From a virus (lineage: Duplodnaviria; Caudoviricetes), in IMG/VR virus record IMGVR_UViG_3300013122_000001, positions 1 to 47,765 of that record: 47,765 bases of DNA. One strand, 5' to 3'. The notes under the pieces were generated by a model. It was not told where the DNA came from. It worked only from the letters and a program-made list of their open reading frames with translations, and did not search any database. The translations under genes and the position numbers were made by a program. Positions 37,550 to 46,252 of the stretch are shown piece after piece. Each line of letters begins with the position of its first letter. Position 1 is the first letter of the stretch.

Positions 37550-37597
37550 TGAACAGTTGGACACTACTGGGTAGTAACACATTTTAATAAAACACAA

Positions 37598-37627
37598 AGA
37601 AGCTCACGGATTTCCGTGGGCTTTTTA
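37598..37627 (+). terminator. Intrinsic terminator
   Basis: AAGCTCACGG/CCGTGGGCTT stem plus T run. Confidence 0.75.
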
Positions 37628-37646
37628 TTATGGAAGGAGTGAGGAT

Positions 37647-39611
37647 ATGCTACCACACGCTATAGGCGGACAGGTGAACTCACAAGATTTAAACGACAAC
37701 TTTTCTTATTTGGAAAGCGAGAAAATAGGAAAACAAGAGTTGATGTATATCAACGCTAAAGATACTGGTGCTTTAGGAGATAGTGTGACAGATGACACAT
37801 TATCATTACAGGCAATCTTCGATTCTATTCAAGATGGCGATGAAGTCATTATCCCGAATGGTGTCTATATCGTCAACAAGAATACAAATCTTACTGATTT
37901 TCCGAATAATGACCAACCATGCTTATTACTTAGAGGTAAGAAAGACATTCGGATTATCGCTCACGGAGCCAAATTCAAAACGAATACCCACGCACAAGGT
38001 ATTTTAGAGCTTCAACTATGTGAAAACGTGGTTGTAGAAGGGTTGAAGTTGGAAGGGCGCGGAAGTTTCCCTGCACTTGACGGAACTACAGGAAGAGGCG
38101 AAAAAGGAACACCGGATGCGGGATATGCCACTCAACAACAATGGGGCTTCTATAAAAATAATGCTGCTAATTTAGGTCATGGTTCCTTCGGCGGTGGATA
38201 TATCGGTAACATTGCAGTTGGCGCTTTAGTTCATCGAGGATGTAAAAACATTCGGTTCATCGGATGCGAAGCGAAAGGATTCAACTATACAGGGTTTGGG
38301 GTCGGTCATAATGGCGATTACAACCCGAATTTCTTGAATTATGCAGATTCAGCAAATGTAATTTTCGAGAAATGTATTGCAACAGATAATTACAGTTCGA
38401 ACTTTCACTTCCTAGCAGTAGATGGCGGAAAAATGATTAATTGTGTATCGGAACGTTCGGGGCATCCAAATGCTTTATATACTCATGCTGCTGTAGATCC
38501 GGGATACGGAGTTACATTGATAGGCTCTGATTGGTCTAACTCTAAAAACGTGGAAATCATGAATTCTACATTTAAAGATGACAAGCGAAAAGGAATAGAC
38601 GTACATGGTGGAGATGGAGTCAGAATCGAAGGAAATACAGTTTCCAATGCGATAATGTCAGGGATATTCGCCAAATCCACTTCTGTTAATATGCCAGCAA
38701 AAAACATCACGATTGAAGGAAACACCATCATCAACTCTTCGTACCATAGCGCTAGCTTTGGTGCTATTTTAGTTGGTGGATTAAACGGAGTAGACTACTC
38801 TAAAGCAAATGCTTATTTCAATGGTAAAGTATCCAAAAATAAAATCATCAATTGTGGACGTGGAATAATTTGCGCGCCATTTGATACATTGGAAATATCG
38901 GACAATACCATTGACGGAGTAGATAACCGGGCAACCGTAGCTTTCGAGGGAATCCGAGCAGGGACTCTGGCCTTTGCCGAACGAAATTACAACGGAATAG
39001 TTAGAGGGAATGTCGTGAATAGCAGAGGCCACGCTTTAATGACTCAAGGAATTACAGCTAGGTATCTTGAAGAAGGAAACGTAAACGATAATATCATCAT
39101 CTTGGAAAATGATGCAGTAGGAACAGGGCTATACTTGGTAGCTTGTGGAGATGTCAATGCAGTTAATAATTACGCAAAACTTCTGAATGCTGGTACTGCA
39201 ATCGCCGACACGCAAACAAGAGGAAGAGTATCGAATACTGGATTAGGCGGAGCGCCTTCCGTAAAGCAGACCACGGGTCAAGTTATCCACTTTTTCATTA
39301 CTTGTAATGGGGGGGACGGGACGAAAACTTTTTACTCGGGCGCTAATTTAGTGGAGTCTGTTGTATCAAATAGTAATGGATTAGCTATCAATTTACAGGG
39401 TGTCTCTCCGGGTGTGAGACCTTACGCAAGTGTTTCTATCGCATCCCCGGACGGAATCAAAAATGCGAGTGATGTTCTTCACTCTTACTTTTACAATCGT
39501 TCAGCTTCCTCAAGCCAAGTTGTGATAGGTATCAAGTCGGGTCCAAGTTCGGGACATAGCCCTTTTAACACGCTAACAACAGGTTCATTAGAAATAAGAA
39601 TTGAATTGTAG
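37647..39611 (+). CDS. Tail spike 2, right-handed beta-helix
   Basis: INAKDTGALGDSVTDDT..IIPNGVY; repeated I.GNT/I.DN beta-helix rungs. Confidence 0.75.
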   Translation: MLPHAIGGQVNSQDLNDNFSYLESEKIGKQELMYINAKDTGALGDSVTDDTLSLQAIFDSIQDGDEVIIPNGVYIVNKNTNLTDFPNNDQPCLLLRGKKDIRIIAHGAKFKTNTHAQGILELQLCENVVVEGLKLEGRGSFPALDGTTGRGEKGTPDAGYATQQQWGFYKNNAANLGHGSFGGGYIGNIAVGALVHRGCKNIRFIGCEAKGFNYTGFGVGHNGDYNPNFLNYADSANVIFEKCIATDNYSSNFHFLAVDGGKMINCVSERSGHPNALYTHAAVDPGYGVTLIGSDWSNSKNVEIMNSTFKDDKRKGIDVHGGDGVRIEGNTVSNAIMSGIFAKSTSVNMPAKNITIEGNTIINSSYHSASFGAILVGGLNGVDYSKANAYFNGKVSKNKIINCGRGIICAPFDTLEISDNTIDGVDNRATVAFEGIRAGTLAFAERNYNGIVRGNVVNSRGHALMTQGITARYLEEGNVNDNIIILENDAVGTGLYLVACGDVNAVNNYAKLLNAGTAIADTQTRGRVSNTGLGGAPSVKQTTGQVIHFFITCNGGDGTKTFYSGANLVESVVSNSNGLAINLQGVSPGVRPYASVSIASPDGIKNASDVLHSYFYNRSASSSQVVIGIKSGPSSGHSPFNTLTTGSLEIRIEL

Positions 39612-39619
39612 GTGACGCA

Positions 39620-41503
39620 ATGCTTACCATTAAGAATAGAGAGTTAAAGCAGATAGCCGAATTAGAAAACGCTTTTAGTGTAGGATATGAGTTGTTATTT
39701 AATGATATCTCAAGTATGACTTTCTCATTGCCATTGGATGACCCTAAAAATAAAGAGTGCGTACCCTTCAATTTTGTGGAGTTAAAAGACGGAGAAAGAT
39801 ACATTGGAATGTTCCGTATTGTTCCAACGTTGACCGTAAAAGATGAATCTACGAATGTAATCCAATATAAGGCATGGCACGTCATTTCCACTCTACTGGA
39901 TGACGTGCTTTTTCGTTTCCACCAAACAACCAACTGGACCACTAGACAAAACATTGAATACATCTTAGCGCAGCAGACAACGGTTCACTGGGTTTTAAAG
40001 GACTGTGCGTTCACCAGATATTTTCATTATGGCTACGAAAACGAAAACGGACTCTTAGGACCTTTATTCTCCATCTCTAAGCCGTTTGACCAAGAGTATG
40101 AATGGAAGTATAACACAGAGGTTTATCCCTTTGAATTAAGCCTTGTGGAACCTTCGCACACTCCTACTTGCGAGATAAGAGAAGCGCACAATCAAATTGG
40201 CATAGAGAAGGAAGAGCCGAATGAAATTATCAACCGGATCTATGCGCTTGGCTACGGGGAAGGTGTGAATCAACTCGGCATCGAGGAAGTGAATAACGGT
40301 CTACCCTATGTAGAAGATGCTGCATCCATCGCAAAATACGGATTGCATAGTTATGTATGGATTGACCGGAGATTCCAAGATGCTGCAAGTTTGAAAGCAA
40401 ATGCGGAGAGCTTGCTGAAAAAGTGGGCGAATCCCATTCCGATGTACAGAGTGAATGCCGGGGACGTATCTTATTTCACGAATGAAGATATCCATAAATT
40501 AATATGTGGACGCGTGGCCCGTACTCATGACAGTGACTTAGGAACATTCGATTTACGAATTATGCGCGAACGGAAAAATGATATGTTCGGTTCTCCAGGT
40601 GATGTGAAAATAGAGGTTGGTAGTTTAACGGATGATATCGCCACTCTTCAGTATGATTTGGATAAGAAGATGCGGATTAATGAAGCGTATAGTCAAGGTG
40701 CGACCAATCTATTAGCATATTCTTATAATGATAATGCTGATAGTGAAAATCCAGCAGAAATCTTAATCTTCCTTCCTGAAGAAATGGTTAATATCAATGA
40801 ACTTACTCTATGGTTTGAGACAGACTATTTCAGGGGATATTCAAGGGGGATAGAGGGTGGGGGTTCCTTTGTATCAACTGAAACCTCTTCAGCCGGAGGG
40901 GCGCGTTCTAGCACGGTGCAATCGACCGCTGGAGGTGGAGCTAGGTCTAGTACGGTTCAAACAAGCGCTGGCGGTGGTGGAGCATCTACTACTAGTGGAC
41001 AGGCAAATGGTTATCCAGCCACAATTATTCCATATATGACGGGTATGGCTATACCGGATGGAAGTAGTCATATTCACGGGGTAACGATTGATACGGCAGA
41101 TTTTGACCACTGGCATACAATTAATTTAGATCCGCATACTCATGGTTTTACAATACCAGCTACACCAGAACATACGCATGATTTTACAATACCAGCGATA
41201 CCAGAACATACACATGAAACCACTATTGAAATACCGGAACATACTCACCCAATCGAACATGGTATTTTTCAACTGGACTCTCTTCCTACAAATGTTCAAA
41301 TTAGAGTAGACGGGAATTTAGTTCCCTTTAGCGGGACTAGCACGGATGGATTGAACCTTGTTCCGTATCTTAGTAAAGATGATGGAGGTAAAGTGACAAG
41401 GGGTAAACATATGATTTCATTAACGCCAAACGAAAGGGGGAGAATAAATGCTCAAGTAAACACACAATTTTTCATACAATCTCGCGGCAAATATAATTTG
41501 TAA
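39620..41503 (+). CDS. Tail tip protein (Tal/prophage endopeptidase-tail family) with His-x-His repeats
   Basis: LENAF..FSLP..NRIYALGYGEGVNQL; six HxH motifs near the C-terminus. Confidence 0.8.
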   Translation: MLTIKNRELKQIAELENAFSVGYELLFNDISSMTFSLPLDDPKNKECVPFNFVELKDGERYIGMFRIVPTLTVKDESTNVIQYKAWHVISTLLDDVLFRFHQTTNWTTRQNIEYILAQQTTVHWVLKDCAFTRYFHYGYENENGLLGPLFSISKPFDQEYEWKYNTEVYPFELSLVEPSHTPTCEIREAHNQIGIEKEEPNEIINRIYALGYGEGVNQLGIEEVNNGLPYVEDAASIAKYGLHSYVWIDRRFQDAASLKANAESLLKKWANPIPMYRVNAGDVSYFTNEDIHKLICGRVARTHDSDLGTFDLRIMRERKNDMFGSPGDVKIEVGSLTDDIATLQYDLDKKMRINEAYSQGATNLLAYSYNDNADSENPAEILIFLPEEMVNINELTLWFETDYFRGYSRGIEGGGSFVSTETSSAGGARSSTVQSTAGGGARSSTVQTSAGGGGASTTSGQANGYPATIIPYMTGMAIPDGSSHIHGVTIDTADFDHWHTINLDPHTHGFTIPATPEHTHDFTIPAIPEHTHETTIEIPEHTHPIEHGIFQLDSLPTNVQIRVDGNLVPFSGTSTDGLNLVPYLSKDDGGKVTRGKHMISLTPNERGRINAQVNTQFFIQSRGKYNL

Positions 41504-41559
41504 AAAAATGAAACTTTTAACCAGTTTTAGAGTATAATGATTATAGAGGGGGGAAGCTT

Positions 41560-41739
41560 ATGAATATAATGATAAAAATAATAGGATTACTTCTGATATT
41601 CCTAACAACAAAGTCGATTATTATTTTGGTCAGTTATTTATTAGGCTTCTTCTTAATAGCGGTAGGTATCTATGTATTAAAACTTCAGGTGGATCAATTC
41701 CATTTTAAAAATATATTATATCTAAATAAGCGACCTTAA
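41560..41739 (+). CDS. Moron, small hydrophobic membrane protein (59 aa)
   Basis: TATAAT, GAGGGGGG RBS, MNIMIKIIGLLLIFLTTKSIIILVSYLLGFFLIAVGIYVL; ends in terminator. Confidence 0.6.
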   Translation: MNIMIKIIGLLLIFLTTKSIIILVSYLLGFFLIAVGIYVLKLQVDQFHFKNILYLNKRP

Positions 41740-41751
41740 GTGGTCGTTTTT
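41728..41751 (+). terminator. Terminator, near-identical to 42793-42817
   Basis: AAGCGACCTTAAGTGGTCGTTTTT. Confidence 0.75.
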
Positions 41752-41866
41752 ATTATGGGAATGTGGTAAAATAATAATTAAGGAACTAGCCCTGTACAGG
41801 CGAAAAGAAGGCACCCACCTTCCTGTTCCCCTATATTTTTATGGGGTAACTGTGGGAGGTTACAAT

Positions 41867-42775
41867 ATGGATAAAGTATGTTCCAAGTGCGGTATTTCAA
41901 AACCATTAACTTCGGAATTTTTCCACCGTGGCAAAGACACAAAAGAAGGTTTTAAGTCCGCGTGTAAAGATTGTAGAGCCAAAGAAAAGAAAACTTGGCG
42001 GGATGAAAATAAAGATCGAATTAACGAACAATCGAGAGAGTATTATAAAAATAACAAAGAAGTAATAGGTGAGAAGAGTCGCGAGAGATACTTTGCTAAT
42101 CATGAAGAAAATCGTATGAAATATAAAAAGTATTATGCTGAAAACAAAGAAAAAGAAAGAGAAAGATTGAGAAATTTTTATAACGTACCTGAAAATAGAA
42201 AGAAAAAACTCGCTTATTCTAAAAGGTATGCAGAAGAAAACAGAGAAAAAGTTAACTATATGCAGAGTGAATGGCGTAAGAAGAACAAAACTAAATACCT
42301 TCAATATTTAAAAGAGTACAGACTAAGAGATCATGTAAGGGCATATCGAAAAAAATACAAACGCAGACCAGATGTTTTAGAGAAAATAAAAAAATATAAA
42401 CAATCAGAACAAGGTCGTCAGGTTAATAAACGTTCTAAACACAAAAGAAGATCTATAGAACGGGAAGTTTTAGCAACACTAACTCTTAGTCAATGGAATA
42501 AATGTTTGGAACACTTCAATAAGAAATGTGCATATTGTGGACAAGGTCCAAACGAAATAGTATTAACTCAAGAGCACTTTGTTCCTGTAATAAAAGGCGG
42601 GGAATATACCGTTAAAAATATAATTCCTGCTTGCGGAAGCTGTAATTTCAGCAAGAGTGATAGAGATTTCTTCGACTGGTTTAAAAATCAGAAATTCTAC
42701 TCTATCCGCAGGCAAAAGAAAATATTGAAATACCTAGACATCAAAGATAACCAACAACAAATAGCATTATTTTAA
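41867..42775 (+). CDS. HNH endonuclease with Zn finger and helical Y/K repeats
   Basis: CSKC..CKDC; CAYCG..QEHFVP..GG..NIIPACGSCNFSK. Confidence 0.85.
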   Translation: MDKVCSKCGISKPLTSEFFHRGKDTKEGFKSACKDCRAKEKKTWRDENKDRINEQSREYYKNNKEVIGEKSRERYFANHEENRMKYKKYYAENKEKERERLRNFYNVPENRKKKLAYSKRYAEENREKVNYMQSEWRKKNKTKYLQYLKEYRLRDHVRAYRKKYKRRPDVLEKIKKYKQSEQGRQVNKRSKHKRRSIEREVLATLTLSQWNKCLEHFNKKCAYCGQGPNEIVLTQEHFVPVIKGGEYTVKNIIPACGSCNFSKSDRDFFDWFKNQKFYSIRRQKKILKYLDIKDNQQQIALF

Positions 42776-42792
42776 AAATATAAATCACTATA

Positions 42793-42817
42793 AAGCGACC
42801 TTAACGGGTCGTTTTTT
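42793..42817 (+). terminator. Terminator, near-identical to 41728-41751
   Basis: AAGCGACCTTAACGGGTCGTTTTTT. Confidence 0.75.
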
Positions 42818-42840
42818 CGTTGTAAAAGGGGGTAAAAAGA

Positions 42841-43107
42841 GTGGAGGAAACCGATATGGCTCAATATGACAAAGACATAATCGAAATGAAATCGGATATC
42901 AAGGTCTTGGAAAAAGAAGTGGATAGCCTGAAAGAAAAGGCCATTCGACACGATGAACAGATATCATCTATCAACCGCACTCTAGATAGCATTAATGACA
43001 ATACAAAATGGATTAAGCGCACGATTACAGGTGCTATCATAACAGCCGTTGTTTCAGGAATAATCCTTGGAGCAATCGGCATTTTTTATGTCATGTTACA
43101 ACAATAG
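42841..43107 (+). CDS. xhlA: XhlA-like lysis protein
   Basis: Coiled coil + INDNTKWIKRTITGAII transmembrane segment. Confidence 0.8.
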   Translation: MEETDMAQYDKDIIEMKSDIKVLEKEVDSLKEKAIRHDEQISSINRTLDSINDNTKWIKRTITGAIITAVVSGIILGAIGIFYVMLQQ

Positions 43108-43119
43108 GAGGGAAAATAT

Positions 43120-43362
43120 ATGTCTAGTCAATTAAAAGAATGGTTAATTTTATTCGGTGGTTTCTTAGGAACGCTCAAGTTATTCCTAGCATCAGTGGGG
43201 ATCCATTTCTATACACAGGAGCAAGCGGATAGTTTGATTGCTTTATTAGAATCCATGATACCTCTTGTGTTAGTGGGATTTGCGATTTATAAGAATACGT
43301 ACATCATCACTGATAAGGCGAAGAAACAGGATGAAGTATTGAAGAAGGAGGGGTTAAAATGA
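43120..43362 (+). CDS. Holin (SPP1-like)
   Basis: Two hydrophobic segments; YKNTY..KAKKQ.E.LK..GLK. Confidence 0.8.
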   Translation: MSSQLKEWLILFGGFLGTLKLFLASVGIHFYTQEQADSLIALLESMIPLVLVGFAIYKNTYIITDKAKKQDEVLKKEGLK

Positions 43363-44060
43363 GATTTGTAGTAGACGGAGGGCATCACCCTTCAACTGCC
43401 GGGAAGCGTACTCCAGACGATTCCATGCGGGAATCACACTTTAACTTTGTTGTAGCTGATTACGTAAAAGAAGAGCTTCTAACCTATGAGGATGTTGAGG
43501 TCTTATTTACTCATGATGATAAAAGGGACGTACCACTTAAAGAGCGTACCGATAAGGCGAATAAATGGGATGCTGATGCTTTAGTATCCATTCATGCTAA
43601 CGCATTCGGAAATGGAACGTGGAACGGTGTCAGAGGTATTGAAACATTCTCATGGAGCGGTCACTCTCCTAACGGTGATGTCCTAGCCTCTGAAATTCAG
43701 CGCCAAATGATGTTGCATACTAAACACCCGAATAACCGAGGACACAAGCGAGCGAACTTCCATATGCTTCGTGAGTTTAAACGCGCTTCAGCTCTTGTGG
43801 AATGTGGTTTCATGACTAATAAAGAGGATGCAGCTCTCCTTAAATCGGATGCTTACCGCCGTACATGCGCCAAAGCTATTGTGGCAGCACTCGTGAGTGT
43901 GTATGGATTAAAGAAGAAACCTACACCGAAGCCAGCGCCAAAACCATCTGGAAAGCTTTATAAAGTACAGGTGGGTGCATTCGGTGAGAAATCTAACGCT
44001 GATCGCATGGCTGATAAACTGAAAAAGGACGGTTATCCTGTTTATATCGTTCAAGAATAA
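43359..44060 (+). CDS. Endolysin: N-acetylmuramoyl-L-alanine amidase (Amidase_3) + SPOR domain
   Basis: DGGH, E, SIHANA, LVECGFMTN; YKVQVGAF..NAD. Confidence 0.93.
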   Translation: MRFVVDGGHHPSTAGKRTPDDSMRESHFNFVVADYVKEELLTYEDVEVLFTHDDKRDVPLKERTDKANKWDADALVSIHANAFGNGTWNGVRGIETFSWSGHSPNGDVLASEIQRQMMLHTKHPNNRGHKRANFHMLREFKRASALVECGFMTNKEDAALLKSDAYRRTCAKAIVAALVSVYGLKKKPTPKPAPKPSGKLYKVQVGAFGEKSNADRMADKLKKDGYPVYIVQE

Positions 44061-44088
44061 CAAAAAGGGGCCTCTTCTCAGGAGGTCC

Positions 44089-44274
44089 CTAATATTTTAC
44101 CCACGACTTTTCAAATGCCCTCAACTTATCATTCCCCGTTACCCACTTGCCAGCTAATTCATGAACGCCCTCTACATAATACAATCCATCGTTATCATGT
44201 TGCTTCAGTGTACCGACTAATTTTGTTTCCGTGTTTTGCACTCTATCCCCAGCTTTAAGACTCTTTTTGTCCAT
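44089..44274 (-). CDS. Hypothetical protein
   Basis: Overlaps the upstream HNH-HTH gene; followed by a minus-strand terminator (44062-44089). Confidence 0.55.
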   Translation of the reverse strand: MDKKSLKAGDRVQNTETKLVGTLKQHDNDGLYYVEGVHELAGKWVTGNDKLRAFEKSWVKY

Positions 44275-44830
44275 ACAGATCATCCACTTTAACCCCTAAT
44301 AAGATAGCAAGAGTGAAGGCTTTATCCATAGGGATGTAATGATAATTATTACACCAACTTGAAAGCGTTTGTGATGTGACATTTATTTTTTGTGCTATAT
44401 AGTTGCTTTTCAAACCTCGGTCATTTAACAGGCTTCTTAAATTGCAAACAAGCGGATTTCTTTTTTCGTTTTCTTCCCGTGTTTCTTTATATTTTCTATT
44501 TGTTGATTCCGAAGCGTTGCTGGCTTTGGTAACTTGCAAAAGATTACCTTTTTGATTATTTAATTTGTCATTATCTATATGGTGGATAGTCATTTCATCA
44601 TCTAATAAATTAAGGCCATAATAATAAGCAAATAATAATCTGTGTTGCATTACAAAAACGTTTTTACCGTTAATTTTTACAGATATTCTTTTATAACCAT
44701 CCGACGTAAGAATATTACACGGTTTTTCAGTTCCGTTTTTAAAAGTTCTCCAAATATTCCCCTTATCATCAACTCTTAATGTTCCTTCGTTTATCAATTC
44801 TATTAGTTTTGAAATAGCCAACCTTTGCAT
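44255..44830 (-). CDS. HNH_3 endonuclease fused to XRE HTH
   Basis: GY..HRL..IHHIDNDKLNN..NL; C-terminal HTH. Confidence 0.8.
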   Translation of the reverse strand: MQRLAISKLIELINEGTLRVDDKGNIWRTFKNGTEKPCNILTSDGYKRISVKINGKNVFVMQHRLLFAYYYGLNLLDDEMTIHHIDNDKLNNQKGNLLQVTKASNASESTNRKYKETREENEKRNPLVCNLRSLLNDRGLKSNYIAQKINVTSQTLSSWCNNYHYIPMDKAFTLAILLGVKVDDLYGQKES

Positions 44831-44843
44831 TTTTTCACCTCAG

Positions 44844-45032
44844 TTATTCATCATATAGATCCTCTATCTTGCAATCTAACACCTTTGCCAGTGCAAACAA
44901 CTTTTCTATTCTAGGGTACGAGTTACCCGATATCCAGTTACTCATTTGTTGAGAAGATACTCCTACTTTATTTGCAACGTATATGTGCTTATAACCTCTA
45001 TCTGCAATAATTTCTTTAATTCTTGGTTTCAT
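44844..45032 (-). CDS. XRE HTH regulator divergent from the FtsK module
   Basis: MKPRIKEIIADRGYK..VGVSSQQMSNW..LAKVLDCKIEDLY. Confidence 0.85.
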   Translation of the reverse strand: MKPRIKEIIADRGYKHIYVANKVGVSSQQMSNWISGNSYPRIEKLFALAKVLDCKIEDLYDE

Positions 45033-45068
45033 TTCTACAACCCTTTCTATATCCAACATACCATTAAT

Positions 45069-45096
45069 ATTCACCATCCCCCTTGAATATTCCTTC
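45069..45096 (-). promoter_or_regulatory. sigma-H promoter for the HTH regulator
   Basis: GAAGGAATA-12-GGTGAAT on the minus strand. Confidence 0.65.
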
Positions 45097-45302
45097 TTAT
45101 ACCATTATACCATAAATTAAAATAATAGTGTACTTTTATATAAATTTTAGGAACATTTACAAGCAGTCGGTAGTAAGTATATACCATACCACGATGAAAG
45201 GAAGATTCGATATGAAAAACTTCAAGATTTATCTATCCAAAGAGGGCCAGAAGAAAGTTGCTGCTGGTCAAATGCCTGAACAGTTAAAGAAGGTGTTATC
45301 CG

Positions 45303-45566
45303 TTGTCACTAATAGGTAGTGTTTTCGAAGGTGCCAGGAATTCGCGAGAGAAGAAATATCGGAAGCGTGAGTATGACCGTTTAACCACTACACCTTTCTT
45401 GCACGGATCCGAATACTTGAATGAACTGTACAATGCAGCGGAGAAGAAATCGGAGCATGAGTGTATCTTGCAACACCTATATAACCATCAAGAAGTAGGG
45501 GTGCTGGAGATTGAGTCTTATCAGTCATTGGAGAAAAAGATTGTAGATACGTATTGGGGGGATTAG
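45303..45566 (+). CDS. Hypothetical protein
   Basis: AAGGTG RBS, TTG start. Confidence 0.55.
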   Translation: MSLIGSVFEGARNSREKKYRKREYDRLTTTPFLHGSEYLNELYNAAEKKSEHECILQHLYNHQEVGVLEIESYQSLEKKIVDTYWGD

Positions 45567-45849
45567 GTTGAATGCGAACTATTATTACATGTTAGTTATC
45601 GACTTAGAAAAAGTAATTTGTTATCACACTTATGGAATTACAGAAGGGAATGCAAACATCTTGTGCACATCACATGAAACTAAACACCCTAATGAACAAG
45701 TCATAGCAATTATTAAAGTCGAAAGAAATGAAATGAGGCTTTAATAAGATGATGACGATAATTATTTCTCATGTATTGATATTTGCTCTTGGTTTATTGT
45801 CAAAAACAGCGGAAGAGGAAACCGTTGTTGTAAGGAGGTTGAGAGATAA

Positions 45850-46122
45850 ATGACGTACACTACAATTCCGTTTAATGATTTCATGGCTGGCAAAGTATCT
45901 ACAGGTTTTATCGCACCATCCCCATCGTTTGAATATGGTCTGGATCTCGGCTTGATATTTTTCGGTGGTCTGGCCGTTATAACCATCGGTCTAGCATTAG
46001 CGGAAAAGCTTGGCTACAACATCGACTCGTCCAAAGTAGTAGCAACACTATCTGTCCTATTCTGGCTCGGGTTGTTTCTTCTCCTTGTGCTAAAGAATCC
46101 ACTATTAGGGTTCATTCGATAA
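45850..46122 (+). CDS. Small two-TM membrane protein of the FtsK module
   Basis: TIPFNDFM N-terminus and two hydrophobic helices; AAGGAGG RBS. Confidence 0.7.
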   Translation: MTYTTIPFNDFMAGKVSTGFIAPSPSFEYGLDLGLIFFGGLAVITIGLALAEKLGYNIDSSKVVATLSVLFWLGLFLLLVLKNPLLGFIR

Positions 46123-46252
46123 GAATGTTCCCTTTCTTCTCTAATACATTGTCTATACTTGTTCGGTACGTTCGTTAATTTTGGGATTATCCTACTTTTT
46201 TATCTGTTTTTTTGTTGATATTTTAAAAAATATCATTTTTGGGGGTGCTGGC

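Noticed and set aside
35612-41503. Diversity-generating retroelement or invertase shufflon acting on tail spikes
   Set aside because: No reverse transcriptase, no TR/VR pair noticed, no invertase and no inverted silent C-termini
41781-41830. Hammerhead ribozyme
   Set aside because: Three-stem layout with GAAA is present but the CUGAnGA core is absent
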